Shown: positions 30,054-39,991, counted from the stretch's first letter. The stretch: DNA of 64,000 nt from an uncultured Chloroflexia bacterium (GCA_963768655.1 CAVYIM010000003.1:672001-736000); one strand, 5' to 3'. The notes: a model not told the origin generated them from the sequence alone. Program-made: numbers and translations.

Positions 30054-31032
30054 CCGACTTCTGGGTCGGCACGGACCGGGCGAAGCCCGCGCGGAGGACC
30101 CGGCCGCGGCGGTGTGGGCCCACGTCCAGCAGGCGCGCAACCTCAAGCGCCCGCACACTCTGGAACTGGTCAGAGCCATCGCCGACGAATTCATCGAGCT
30201 GCACGGCGACCGGCTCTTCGGCGACGACACGGCGATCGTCGCCGGCCTGGCGCGCATCGCCGGCCGCCGCGTCGTGGTGATCGGCTTCCAGAAGGGCCAG
30301 GACACCGAGGAGAACATCCGGCGCAACTTCGGCCTGCCGCATCCCGAGGGCTACCGCAAGGCGATGCGGGTCATGGATCTGGCCGAACGCTTCGCCATGC
30401 CGGTGCTCACCTTCGTCGACGTCCAGGGTGCGTTCCCCGGCGCGGCGGCCGAGGAGCGAGGCATCGCCGAGGCGATCGCGAAATCCGTCGGGATGTTGTC
30501 TCGCCTGCGGACCCCGGTCGTCGTCGTGATCACCGGCGAGGGTGGCTCGGGAGGAGCGCTTGGACTCGCCGTCGGCGACACGATCATCGCCCTGGAGAAC
30601 TCGATCTACTCCGTCATCAGCCCCGAGGGCTGCGCCACCATCCTGTGGCGCTCCGGCGAGCAGAGCCACCAGGCCGCGATGGCGATGAAGGTCACCGCCA
30701 ACGAGCAGCAGGAGCTGGGCATCGTCGACATCGTCATCCCCGAACCTGGCGAGGGCGCCCACACCGATCCGGCCGAGACTGCCAGGCGGATAAAAGAGGT
30801 CGTCCTGGAGCGGTTCGACGTCCTGGGCCGCATCCCGCTCGACGAGCTCGTGGAGGCCCGTTTCAAGAAGTTCCGGGTCATGGGCCCCTATGTCGTCGCC
30901 GACCGCCCGGCGCCGCCGCCGGAGCGGACCGGCATCACCGACAGGCTGCGGGGCCTGCTCTCGAACATGCCGTCGATGCCGTCCCTGCCCGGTACCAGGC
31001 GCGACGTGCCGCCCGGCCGGGAGGAGGTCTAG
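30046..31032 (+). CDS. accA: Acetyl-CoA carboxylase carboxyltransferase alpha subunit
   Basis: ELHGDR, NFGLPHPEGYRKA, GEGGSGGA, YSVISPEG. Confidence 0.95.
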   Translation: MVDRLLGRHGPGEARAEDPAAAVWAHVQQARNLKRPHTLELVRAIADEFIELHGDRLFGDDTAIVAGLARIAGRRVVVIGFQKGQDTEENIRRNFGLPHPEGYRKAMRVMDLAERFAMPVLTFVDVQGAFPGAAAEERGIAEAIAKSVGMLSRLRTPVVVVITGEGGSGGALGLAVGDTIIALENSIYSVISPEGCATILWRSGEQSHQAAMAMKVTANEQQELGIVDIVIPEPGEGAHTDPAETARRIKEVVLERFDVLGRIPLDELVEARFKKFRVMGPYVVADRPAPPPERTGITDRLRGLLSNMPSMPSLPGTRRDVPPGREEV

Positions 31033-31035
31033 CCG

Positions 31036-31728
31036 ATGCCGGCACATCGAAACGGCCCGACCGGCACGTCCGGACACGCCGCCGGAGCCACGTCAGGAGC
31101 CACGTCCGGAGCGCGCGCCAGAGGCCTGGACGCGCGCACGGAACGAGACCACGCGGCCATCTCCGATCTGGCCGACGATCTACTCCCGGCCCTAATCGCC
31201 AAGCTGGCCGCCAGCGGACTCGGCGAGATCGAGGTCCGCGAAGGGGAGTGGAAGGCTCGCCTACGCAAGCCTTCCGGGATCGACGACCGCAAGGGATCCG
31301 GACACGGCCCCGGGGAGGGGCACTCCGGCTACGGCCATGCCACGAGCCGCGGCCCGGCCGCGAGCGCCGGCCGCACCGTCGCCGAGGAGCGCGAGCGGCT
31401 CGCCCGCGAGGGGGAAGAGGCCCGGCAGGCGGCCAACCTGCCGATCGTGGCCATCTCTCCCGCGGTCGGGATCTTTCAGCCGCGCAAGGACCTGGCCGCC
31501 GGGATGAGGGTCCGCGCCGGCGATCGCCTTGGCACGGTGGACGTGCTCGGCGTGCGTGAGGACGTGGTTGCGCCGATGGACGGCGTAGTCGGGCCGAGCC
31601 TGGCCGAGGCCGGAGAGGCCGTCGAGTACGGACAGGAGCTGATTCGGATCGAGCTGCCGGAGAACTCTCGCAGTCTCGAAGTCAACGGCGCGGACCGCGA
31701 GGCGGCCGCCGTCCTCGGGGAAGCCTGA
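31036..31728 (+). CDS. BCCP-like biotinyl/lipoyl-domain protein lacking the biotinylated lysine (BADC-like)
   Basis: AccB-type N-terminus (LIAKLAASGLGEIEVREG) and C-terminal domain (SPAVGIF...GDRLGTVDVLGV...GEAVEYGQELIRIE) with DVLG in place of EAMK. Confidence 0.8.
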   Translation: MPAHRNGPTGTSGHAAGATSGATSGARARGLDARTERDHAAISDLADDLLPALIAKLAASGLGEIEVREGEWKARLRKPSGIDDRKGSGHGPGEGHSGYGHATSRGPAASAGRTVAEERERLAREGEEARQAANLPIVAISPAVGIFQPRKDLAAGMRVRAGDRLGTVDVLGVREDVVAPMDGVVGPSLAEAGEAVEYGQELIRIELPENSRSLEVNGADREAAAVLGEA

Positions 31729-33092
31729 TGTTCAGCAAGATCCTGATCGCCAATCGGGGCGAAATCGCCCTCCGGGTCCTGCGCGCTTGCCGGACCCTCG
31801 GAGTCGGGGCGGTGGTCGCCTACAGCGAGGCCGATCGCGACAGCCTGGCCGCCCAGCTCGCCGACGAGGCGATCTGCATCGGCCCGGCGGACGCGCGGCG
31901 CAGCTACCTGTCGGCCCCGGCCGTGATCTCGGCCGCGGTCGTGACCGGCTGCGACGCGATCCATCCCGGCTACGGGTTCCTGTCCGAGGATGCGGGCTTC
32001 GCCGACGTCGTCCGTGCCCACGGCCTGACCTTCATCGGCCCGCCCGCCGAGGTGCTCGAGCGTTTCGCCTCCAAGGAGGCGACCCGGCGCCTGCTCGAGG
32101 CCCACGGCCTGCGCACCATTCCGGGCTCCGGCATGCTGCGCGACGAGGCCCATGCTCTCGATGAGGCCGAACGCATCGGGTTCCCGGTGCTGATCAAGCC
32201 CTCCGCGGGCGGCGGCGGCAAGGGAATGCGCCTGGTCAGGTCCCCGCGCGAACTCGAGACCTCGTTCAAGGTCAGCCGCTCCGAGGCCAAGGCCGGGTTC
32301 GGCGACGACTCGCTCTACCTGGAGAAGTACCTCGACGACAACCGCCACGTGGAGATCCAGGTGGCGGTCGACCGTTTCGGACACGCCGTCCACATGGGCG
32401 AGCGGGACTGCTCCGTGCAGCGCCGCCACCAGAAGATCCTCGAGGAGACGCCCAGCCCGGCCCTGACCGAGGCGGCCCGGCAGGAGCTCTGCGCGCGGGC
32501 CGTTCGGGCGGTCGTCGAGGCCGGCTACGAGAACCTCGGCACGCTGGAATTCCTGATCGACGCCAGGGGCGAGGCCTACTTCATCGAGATCAACTGCCGC
32601 GTCCAGGTCGAGCACCCGATCACGGAGATGTGCACCGGCATCGACATGGTCGCGTTGCAGATCAAGATCGCGGCCGGCGAGCCGTTGGGCATGACCCAGG
32701 CGGACGTCGTCTCCACCGGCCACGCCATCGAGTTCCGCATCCTGGCCGAGGATCCGAGTCACGACTTCCGGCCGCAGTCCGGCCAGGTGCTCGGCTACCT
32801 GGCCCCGGGCGGGCCGGGCGTCCGCATGGATACGCACATCTACCCCGGCTACGAAGTGCCGTCCTACTACGACTCGCTATTGGGCAAGCTCTCCGTCTGG
32901 GCGCCCGATCGGGCCGGGGCGATCGCCCGCGGCGACGCCGCGCTGCGCGAGCTGCTCGTGGACGGCCTGACCACCAACATCGACCTCCACCGGGCGATCC
33001 TCGCCAATGAGGTCTTCATCGACGGCAAGGTGACGACGAGCCTGCTCGACCGCGTCGGCAGCGACCCGTTCGTAGCCGCCGGCAACCGCTGA
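31728..33092 (+). CDS. accC: Biotin carboxylase
   Basis: ILIANRGEIA, IHPGYGFLSE, GGGGKGM, RDCSVQRRHQK, RVQVEH, YDSLLGK. Confidence 0.96.
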   Translation: MFSKILIANRGEIALRVLRACRTLGVGAVVAYSEADRDSLAAQLADEAICIGPADARRSYLSAPAVISAAVVTGCDAIHPGYGFLSEDAGFADVVRAHGLTFIGPPAEVLERFASKEATRRLLEAHGLRTIPGSGMLRDEAHALDEAERIGFPVLIKPSAGGGGKGMRLVRSPRELETSFKVSRSEAKAGFGDDSLYLEKYLDDNRHVEIQVAVDRFGHAVHMGERDCSVQRRHQKILEETPSPALTEAARQELCARAVRAVVEAGYENLGTLEFLIDARGEAYFIEINCRVQVEHPITEMCTGIDMVALQIKIAAGEPLGMTQADVVSTGHAIEFRILAEDPSHDFRPQSGQVLGYLAPGGPGVRMDTHIYPGYEVPSYYDSLLGKLSVWAPDRAGAIARGDAALRELLVDGLTTNIDLHRAILANEVFIDGKVTTSLLDRVGSDPFVAAGNR

Positions 33093-33114
33093 CCGCCAGC
33101 CCGAGGAGCCGCCC

Positions 33115-33588
33115 GTGCCCGAGAACGCCGCACCGAACGCGCCCATCCTGACCACTCGCCAGATCGAGCAGCTGATCCCGCACCGCTGGCCGTTCCTGCT
33201 CGTCGACCGGATCGTCGAATACGACGCGGCGGCCAAACAAATCGTCGGCCTCAAGTCGGTGACCGCGACCGAGTGGTTCTTCCAGGGTCACTTCCAGGGC
33301 CAGCCGATCATGCCCGGTGTGCTCCAGGTCGAGGCTCTGGCTCAGACCATGGGTGTCTACGTCGCCCAGCAGCCCGGCTTCGGCGATCGGCTCGGGCTCT
33401 TCGCCGCGATCGACGAGTGCCGCTTCAAGCACATCGTCACGCCCGGCGATCAGCTCCGCCTCGAAGTCACGATGGAGCGCCTGGGCAGCAAGTTCGGCCG
33501 CGGCAAGGGCGTCGCCACGGTCAACGGCGAAGTCGCCTGCGAGGCTCTCCTGAGCTTCATCATCGCCCCCGAGAGCGCGCTACGCTGA
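33115..33588 (+). CDS. fabZ: 3-hydroxyacyl-ACP dehydratase
   Basis: IPHRWPFLLVDR, FQGHF, MPGVLQVEALAQ. Confidence 0.95.
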   Translation: MPENAAPNAPILTTRQIEQLIPHRWPFLLVDRIVEYDAAAKQIVGLKSVTATEWFFQGHFQGQPIMPGVLQVEALAQTMGVYVAQQPGFGDRLGLFAAIDECRFKHIVTPGDQLRLEVTMERLGSKFGRGKGVATVNGEVACEALLSFIIAPESALR

Positions 33589-34331
33589 TGGTCCGAATCG
33601 CTGCGCTGTCCGACGTTCACGGCAACCTGCCGGCCCTGCAGGAGGTGCGCAAGGCCGTCGATGCGGCTCGCCCGGACTACGTGGCGATCTGCGGCGACCT
33701 GGTCTTCAACGGCCCGGATCCCGCCGGGACGGTGGATCTGGTCCGCGAGCTCGAGCGGGCCGGCGCATTCGTCATCTGCGGCAATACGGATCTGGCCGTA
33801 ACCGACGGCGACTACACGGCCTCGTTCCCGTGGTTCACCGAGGGCGCGCCCGAGTCTTACCGGGTTGCCGCCGAGTGGGCGCGCGATCAGCTCGGCGACG
33901 AGCGGGTCGACTACCTGCGCCACCTGCCCTGGGAGCGCCGGCTGCGGATCGACGACACGCTCGTGCTGTTCTGCCACGCTTCTCCGGGATCGCTGACGGA
34001 TGGCCTGCCGGCCGACCTCGATCCGGTTGTCACGATCGACCGCGTTGGCAGGACCGACGCATCGGTGATCGTCTGCGGCCACACCCACGTGCCCGAGATC
34101 CGCGAGATTGGCTGGCGCACGCTGGTCAACGACGGCAGCGCCGGCTACGTCTTCGATGGCGATCCGGCGGCGAGCTGGGCGCTCATCGAGATCGACGAGG
34201 GCCAGGTCAAGGCCGAGATCCAGCGCACCGGCTACGACGTCATGGCGGCGGCGAACGCGGTTTCCGCGCGCGGCCTCCCGGGCGACGTGTACAGGGCCGC
34301 CACAATTCGCACGGGGAAGCTAGTCCGATGA
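33588..34331 (+). CDS. Metallophosphoesterase (calcineurin-like)
   Basis: DVHGN, GDLV, GNTD, CHASP, GHTH motifs. Confidence 0.9.
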   Translation: MVRIAALSDVHGNLPALQEVRKAVDAARPDYVAICGDLVFNGPDPAGTVDLVRELERAGAFVICGNTDLAVTDGDYTASFPWFTEGAPESYRVAAEWARDQLGDERVDYLRHLPWERRLRIDDTLVLFCHASPGSLTDGLPADLDPVVTIDRVGRTDASVIVCGHTHVPEIREIGWRTLVNDGSAGYVFDGDPAASWALIEIDEGQVKAEIQRTGYDVMAAANAVSARGLPGDVYRAATIRTGKLVR

Positions 34332-35590
34332 GTACCTATGCTGCGCCCCGAGTCGTCGTGACGGGCATGGGCGCCATCACTGCGCTGGGCCTCGACGTTG
34401 CCACCGCCTGGGACGGGCTGGTCGCAGGCCGCTCCGGCGTGGCCACGATCACGCAGTTCGATCCCTCGCGCCTGACCACCCGCATCGGCGCCGAGGTCAA
34501 GGGCTTCGATCCCTCCGCCGTCCTCGACCGCAAGGAGCAGCGGCGCAACGATCGCTACGTCCAGTTCGCGCTCGTCGCGGCCCGCCAGGCGATGGATCAG
34601 GCGGGGCTGCCGGCTCGACTCGAAGGCGAAGAGGCGGAGCGGACCGGGGTCGTGATCGGGACCGGCATCGGCGGCATCCAGACCCTCGCCGAGCAGGTGC
34701 TGCTGATGGGCGAGCGCGGGCCCGGCCGCATGTCGCCCTTCCTGATCCCGATGGCCATCAGCAACCTCGCCGCCGGCGTGACGGCCATCACTTTCGGCCC
34801 CAAGGGCCCCAACTTCAGCGTCGTTTCGGCCTGCGCCACCGGCGGACACTCCATTGGCGAGGCCTGGGAGATCATCCGACGAGGCGACGCCGACGTGATG
34901 CTGGCAGGCGGCGCGGAAGCGACGATGCACGAGGCACTGGTCGGTGGCTTCGCGGCGATGCGGGCGCTCTCGACCCGCAACGACGAGCCGGAGCGGGCGT
35001 CGCGGCCCTTCGACCGGCATCGCGACGGATTCGTCATCGGCGAGGGCTGCGGCATCGTCATCCTGGAGGCCCTCGACCACGCTCGAGCTCGTGGCGTCGA
35101 GCCGCTGGCCGAGATGGTGGGTTACGGCGCCACGGCCGACGCCTCTCACATCACGCTCCCGGCTCCCGGCGGGGCGGGCGCTGTGCGGGCCATCCGCCGC
35201 GCGCTCGAGAAGGCCCACCTGAGCGTGGACGACGTGGCGATGGTCAATGCCCACGCCACTTCCACACCCGAGGGCGACCCGCGCGAGCTCGAAGCCATGC
35301 GCACGCTCTTCGGCGACCGAGCCGGTCGGGTGAGCATCACCGCCAACAAGAGCATGATCGGGCACACCCTAGGTGCCGCCGGCGCGATCGAGGCGATCGC
35401 CACGGTCATGAGCGTCCGCACCGGCATCGTGCCGCCGACCATCAACCTCGAAGAGCCCGACGAAGCGGCGGCCGGGCTCGACCTGACTCCGGGCCGGGCG
35501 CGCCGGCGCGAGATCGAGGTCGCCGTCTCCAATTCCTTCGGCTTCGGTGGACAGAACAGCGCCGTCGTCTTCCGGCGCTGGAACGAGTAG
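34328..35590 (+). CDS. fabF: 3-oxoacyl-ACP synthase II
   Basis: RVVVTGMG, SACATG (Cys), HATST, GHTLGAAG, NSFGFGG. Confidence 0.96.
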   Translation: MSTYAAPRVVVTGMGAITALGLDVATAWDGLVAGRSGVATITQFDPSRLTTRIGAEVKGFDPSAVLDRKEQRRNDRYVQFALVAARQAMDQAGLPARLEGEEAERTGVVIGTGIGGIQTLAEQVLLMGERGPGRMSPFLIPMAISNLAAGVTAITFGPKGPNFSVVSACATGGHSIGEAWEIIRRGDADVMLAGGAEATMHEALVGGFAAMRALSTRNDEPERASRPFDRHRDGFVIGEGCGIVILEALDHARARGVEPLAEMVGYGATADASHITLPAPGGAGAVRAIRRALEKAHLSVDDVAMVNAHATSTPEGDPRELEAMRTLFGDRAGRVSITANKSMIGHTLGAAGAIEAIATVMSVRTGIVPPTINLEEPDEAAAGLDLTPGRARRREIEVAVSNSFGFGGQNSAVVFRRWNE

Positions 35591-35601
35591 AGGGCGCGAC
35601 G

Positions 35602-36162
35602 ATGGCTGAGCAAGGCAAGAAACTGGGGATGCCCGCCGAGTCCGAGCCGTCGACGGGCGCCGAGCCCGAGCAGCCGGCAGCCGAGGATCCCTCCCTGTCG
35701 GCCGAGGCCGCCTCGTTGCTGGGCCTGATCGACAAGCTGAGCTCGCTCCTGGAGAAGAGCGATCTGGTCGAGCTCGAAGTGCAGGCCGGCGAATCCGCCA
35801 TCGTCCTGCGAAAGCCCGCGGCATTGCTGCCAGCCGCCGCCGCCCCGGCCGCCGCCGCCCCCGTCGCCGGACCGGATCCAGCCGGAGCGGCAGCCGCGGC
35901 CGAGCCTGCCGTGCCGGCCTCGGCGGCCAGGGCCGTTCGCGCCCCGCTGACGGGAATCTTCTACGCTGCCTCGTCCCCGAGCGCGCCGCCGTACGTCAAG
36001 GTAGGCCAGCAGGTCGCCGTCGGCCAGATCATCGGCCTCATCGAAGCCATGAAGCTGTTCAACGAGATCAAGTCCGACGCCTCCGGCAGAATCGTGCGCA
36101 TCGTGGCCGAGACCGGCAAGCTGGTGAAGGCAAAGCAGCCGCTGATCGAGGTTGAACCGTAA
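35602..36162 (+). CDS. accB: Biotin carboxyl carrier protein (canonical)
   Basis: IEAMKLFNEI with the biotin lysine at 36052-36054; thumb loop SSPSAPPY; Ala/Pro linker. Confidence 0.93.
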   Translation: MAEQGKKLGMPAESEPSTGAEPEQPAAEDPSLSAEAASLLGLIDKLSSLLEKSDLVELEVQAGESAIVLRKPAALLPAAAAPAAAAPVAGPDPAGAAAAAEPAVPASAARAVRAPLTGIFYAASSPSAPPYVKVGQQVAVGQIIGLIEAMKLFNEIKSDASGRIVRIVAETGKLVKAKQPLIEVEP

Positions 36163-37304
36163 TGGCCGGGTCCGTGCACGGGACTCGCGTCACCGGGTGG
36201 GGAGCCTACGCGCCGAGCCTCGTCCTGACCAACGCCGACATGGAGAAGATGGTCGAGACCTCGGACGAGTGGATCGTCAGCCGCACCGGGATCTGCGAGC
36301 GCCGCATTGCCGGACCGGGCGAGACCACGGCCAGCATGGCGGCCGTGGCCGGTCTGCGAGCGATTGCCGTAGCCGGGCTCCAGCCCGACGACATCGACCT
36401 GATCCTGGTCGGGACGCTCACCGCGGACTATCCGATGCCGTCCGCCGCGGCCCTCGTGAAGGACGCGATCGGCAACAAGCGCGCGGCGGCCATGGATCTC
36501 GCGGCGGCCTGCTCCGGGTTCGTCTACGGCTACGCCACCGCCCACGCCTACATCGCCAGCGGCATGGCGCGACACGTCCTGGTGATCGGCGCGGAGACAC
36601 TCAGCCGCTACACGGATTGGACCGATCGGGGGACGTGCATTCTCTTCGGCGACGGAGCAGGCGCGGCCGTCCTGTCGGCCTCGGACGAGCCAGGTGGAAC
36701 GCTGGGCATCGAGATGACGACCGAACCCGCGGGCGCCTACTTCATCTGGCTGCCGGCCGGCGGGGCGGCTCGACCGGCGAGCAACGCCACGCTCGGGAAT
36801 CGCGAGCACTACATGAGGATGAAGGGCAGCGAGACCTTCAAGATGGCCGTCCGAACTCTCGGATCGACCTCGATCAAGGCTCTCGAGAAGGCGGGCCTCG
36901 GCCTGCCTGACGTTGACCTCGTCATCCCGCATCAGGCCAACATCCGGATCATCGAGGCCCTGGCGAAGTCGCTGGATTTCCCGATGGCGCGAGTCTTCGT
37001 CAACGTCGACCGCTACGGCAACACCTCGGCCGCGTCGGTGCCGCTGGCCCTTTCGGAGGCCGTCGCCTCCGGCAGGGTCAAGAAGGGCGATCACATCCTG
37101 CTCGTGGCCTTCGGCGCTGGGCTCACATCCGGGGCTATAGCGCTGGAGTGGACGGCCGATCCGGCCGCCTCGGCCAGGGCCGACGCCATCGATCCCGGCG
37201 AAGTCACCATCCTGCCCGGTTACCTCGGGCCGGTCGACCCGTTCCCACCCGCCCTGGAGTGGCTCCGCGCCGGCTCCGGCTCGGTCACCCCGGGCAAGAG
37301 TTGA
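36162..37304 (+). CDS. fabH: 3-oxoacyl-ACP synthase III
   Basis: TSDEWI..RTGI, AACSGF, PHQAN, GNTSAAS. Confidence 0.95.
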   Translation: MAGSVHGTRVTGWGAYAPSLVLTNADMEKMVETSDEWIVSRTGICERRIAGPGETTASMAAVAGLRAIAVAGLQPDDIDLILVGTLTADYPMPSAAALVKDAIGNKRAAAMDLAAACSGFVYGYATAHAYIASGMARHVLVIGAETLSRYTDWTDRGTCILFGDGAGAAVLSASDEPGGTLGIEMTTEPAGAYFIWLPAGGAARPASNATLGNREHYMRMKGSETFKMAVRTLGSTSIKALEKAGLGLPDVDLVIPHQANIRIIEALAKSLDFPMARVFVNVDRYGNTSAASVPLALSEAVASGRVKKGDHILLVAFGAGLTSGAIALEWTADPAASARADAIDPGEVTILPGYLGPVDPFPPALEWLRAGSGSVTPGKS

Positions 37305-37389
37305 TCCAGGCGGCTCATCAACGACGCAATCGGCGCTCCGCCGAACGGGGCGCCGGCCACGCAGGCACGCGAATGCGAGGAGGAAGACC

Positions 37390-38139
37390 ATGATCGATCT
37401 GTCCGGCAAGACCGCCCTTGTCACCGGCGGCGCACGTGGCATCGGCAAGGCTATCTGCCTGAACCTGGCCAGGCAGGGCGCCGACGTCGCCTTCGTGGAC
37501 GTCGGCCGGCCCGAGGTCGCCGAGGCCACCGTGGCCGAGATCGAGGCCCTCGGGCGCAAGGCGCTCTACATCCCGGCGGACGTCACGGACCCGGAGGCCT
37601 GCGTCAAGGCCGTCGCGGCGACGGTCGAGGCCTTCGGCAAGATCGACATCCTGGTCAACAACGCCGGCATCACCCGCGACGACCTGATCATGAGAATGCC
37701 CATCGACGACTGGAAGAAGGTCCTCGAGGTCAATCTCTTCGGCGCCTTCTACATGATCAAAGCCGCCATCCGTCCGATGCTCAAGGCCCATGCCGGTCGG
37801 ATCATCAACATGTCGAGCGTCTCGGGCCAGGCCGGCCAGATGGGCCAGGCCAACTACTCGTCGTCAAAGGCAGGTCTGATCGGGCTCACGAAGGCGACCG
37901 CCCGTGAGGTCGCGTCGCGTGGCATAACCTGCAATGCCGTCGCACCGGGGTTCGTCGTCACCGAGCTCACCAGGGACCTGCCGGCCAGCCTGACCGACCA
38001 GATCAAGGCTCAGACGCCGCTGGGCCGTTTCGGCACGGTCGAAGAGATCGCGTCGGCGGTGACGTTCCTCGCGTCCGACGAAGCCGGGTACATCACCGGC
38101 CAGGTCCTCGCCGTGGACGGCGGCCTGGTGATGCAGTAA
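37390..38139 (+). CDS. fabG: 3-oxoacyl-ACP reductase
   Basis: TGGARGIG, NNAGITRD, YSSSK, NAVAPG. Confidence 0.94.
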   Translation: MIDLSGKTALVTGGARGIGKAICLNLARQGADVAFVDVGRPEVAEATVAEIEALGRKALYIPADVTDPEACVKAVAATVEAFGKIDILVNNAGITRDDLIMRMPIDDWKKVLEVNLFGAFYMIKAAIRPMLKAHAGRIINMSSVSGQAGQMGQANYSSSKAGLIGLTKATAREVASRGITCNAVAPGFVVTELTRDLPASLTDQIKAQTPLGRFGTVEEIASAVTFLASDEAGYITGQVLAVDGGLVMQ

Positions 38140-38308
38140 CCGTCGCGGACCCTCGTGTCGCCCGGTCCGACGGCCGGACGGCATCGATGGCGGTCCGGCC
38201 GGCAAGCTCGGCCGGCCGGCGACGGTGAGTCGGGGAGCTTGGGGGTAGGATCAGCGCCACAATCGGTCAGAGCGTCACCGCAGTCACAGAAGGGGCGGTT
38301 GGGGTCGG

Positions 38309-39925
38309 ATGAGCGAACCCGGAAGTATCGAGCCCGTCATGCCTGAGGTCGAGCCGCCATCCGGACAGGAGGGCGCGACCGCCGCAGGAACTTCCGACGC
38401 GTCCGCCGGCTCCGCGCCGAGATCGAGCCGCCTGCGCGCGACCCGCTCACGGTTGGTCGCGGCCCTGGTCTCGATCCCCGGGATGTCCAGGCTGCTCGCC
38501 GGCTCGTCCGCCGAACCGGAGGCCGCAGCGAGCGGCCGCTCGCGGCTCGCGGCGGCGCTGCTGTCGTTCGTGTGGCCGGGGCTGGGCCAGCTCTATGCGC
38601 GCCGGTTCATCACGGCCGCGATCTTCGCCGTCCCGGTCGTGCTTGCCGCCGTCTGGCTGGTCATGCAGGTCCTCAACGGCGTCCTGTACTTCGGGGCCAG
38701 CTTCCTCGACGACTCATTCGCCCTGACCTTCGTGATCGGCGGCGCGTTCCTCGGTGTCTGGCGGATCGTGTCCATGATCCACGCCTATGCCACCACCGGG
38801 CCCCGCCGCCGGCCGCGCCGGCTGGACGCGGGTGTGCTCGCGGTTCTGCTGATCGTCGTGCTGGCCGTGCATGGTGAGGTCGTCTACTACGCCTGGTCCG
38901 CCTACAGCTTCGACGTCGATCTCACGAACAACGTCCTGGTGAACAACCAGCCGACGGCCGCGCCGAGCTCCCAGCCGTCCGCGACGCTGGTGCCGACCCC
39001 GGCGTGGCAGCCCAGCGGCTCGAATGCGCCGTCCAGCCCGACGCCCGGGGTTTCCCCGTCGCCCGCGCCCTCGGACCGGGTAACGATCCTGCTGACCGGC
39101 ATGGACTGGATGCCCGGCCGTACGACCGCCATGAACGACGCCATCATGCTGGTCAGCCTCGACACGGAAACGAACAAGGTAACGATGGTCAGCATTCCGC
39201 GGGATACGGCCGATTTCGACTATTACTGGGGCGGGTCGACGGGTGTGAACACCAAGATCAACAACTTCGCCAACCTGATCGGCAAGGGCTTGATCCACGC
39301 GCCGGATCCGCCCCTGACCGCATTCGCCAACGAGGTCGGCTACCTGGTGGGCGTGAAGGTCGACTACTACGCGGAGATCGACATGAGCGGCTTCGGCAGC
39401 ATGGTGAACCTGCTGCCGGGCCACGATGTGTGCGTCTACAACCCCAAGGCGATAGACGACCCGTCAACGCAGACGCACATTGCGGCCGGCAACGTGTGCC
39501 TGGACGGCGTCCAGGCCATCAAGTACGTCCGATCGCGCCACAACGGTGGCAGCGACTATGTTCGCGCCGGTCGGCAGCAGCAGATTCTCCTGGCGGCGGC
39601 GCACAAGATCGCCACGCCTTCGGGCATCGCCGCCCTGCCCAGCCTCCTGTCGTTGGGGGCCAAGCTGATCCAGACCAACTTCCCGCTCAAGACTGCCAAG
39701 AACTACGTCTCCGTCGTCCAGCACCTCGGGGCCGGGGACGTCACGCAGTGCGTGCTCGGGCCGCCGTACGACTACCACCCGGCCACCGCGCTGACCAAGG
39801 GAGACTGGACGAGTCGGCTCGAACTGTCCCTGGTATCCGGCCTATCTGTTTACCTGTTCGGCTCGGACAGCCGCTACTACGGCATGGAAGGCGTCACACC
39901 CGCACCCTGCTCGTCGCAGAGCTGA
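38309..39925 (+). CDS. LCP (LytR-CpsA-Psr) family glycopolymer transferase
   Basis: N-terminal TM helices, PS/PT linker, ILLTGMD, DAIMLVS, VSIPRD, KIN, YVRSR, DYVRAGRQQ. Confidence 0.88.
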   Translation: MSEPGSIEPVMPEVEPPSGQEGATAAGTSDASAGSAPRSSRLRATRSRLVAALVSIPGMSRLLAGSSAEPEAAASGRSRLAAALLSFVWPGLGQLYARRFITAAIFAVPVVLAAVWLVMQVLNGVLYFGASFLDDSFALTFVIGGAFLGVWRIVSMIHAYATTGPRRRPRRLDAGVLAVLLIVVLAVHGEVVYYAWSAYSFDVDLTNNVLVNNQPTAAPSSQPSATLVPTPAWQPSGSNAPSSPTPGVSPSPAPSDRVTILLTGMDWMPGRTTAMNDAIMLVSLDTETNKVTMVSIPRDTADFDYYWGGSTGVNTKINNFANLIGKGLIHAPDPPLTAFANEVGYLVGVKVDYYAEIDMSGFGSMVNLLPGHDVCVYNPKAIDDPSTQTHIAAGNVCLDGVQAIKYVRSRHNGGSDYVRAGRQQQILLAAAHKIATPSGIAALPSLLSLGAKLIQTNFPLKTAKNYVSVVQHLGAGDVTQCVLGPPYDYHPATALTKGDWTSRLELSLVSGLSVYLFGSDSRYYGMEGVTPAPCSSQS

Positions 39926-39991
39926 CCGCTCGGCCCGAACTGACCGACGGCTGCCGGAGCCCTGCGCAGCCGGCGCTCCGGCTCGCGCCTC

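Noticed and set aside
29082-38139. acc/fab cluster as a type II PKS or other secondary-metabolite cluster
   Set aside because: There is a single FabF with intact Cys-His-His, and no chain-length factor, cyclase or tailoring genes; acpP, fabD and fabI are probably encoded elsewhere.
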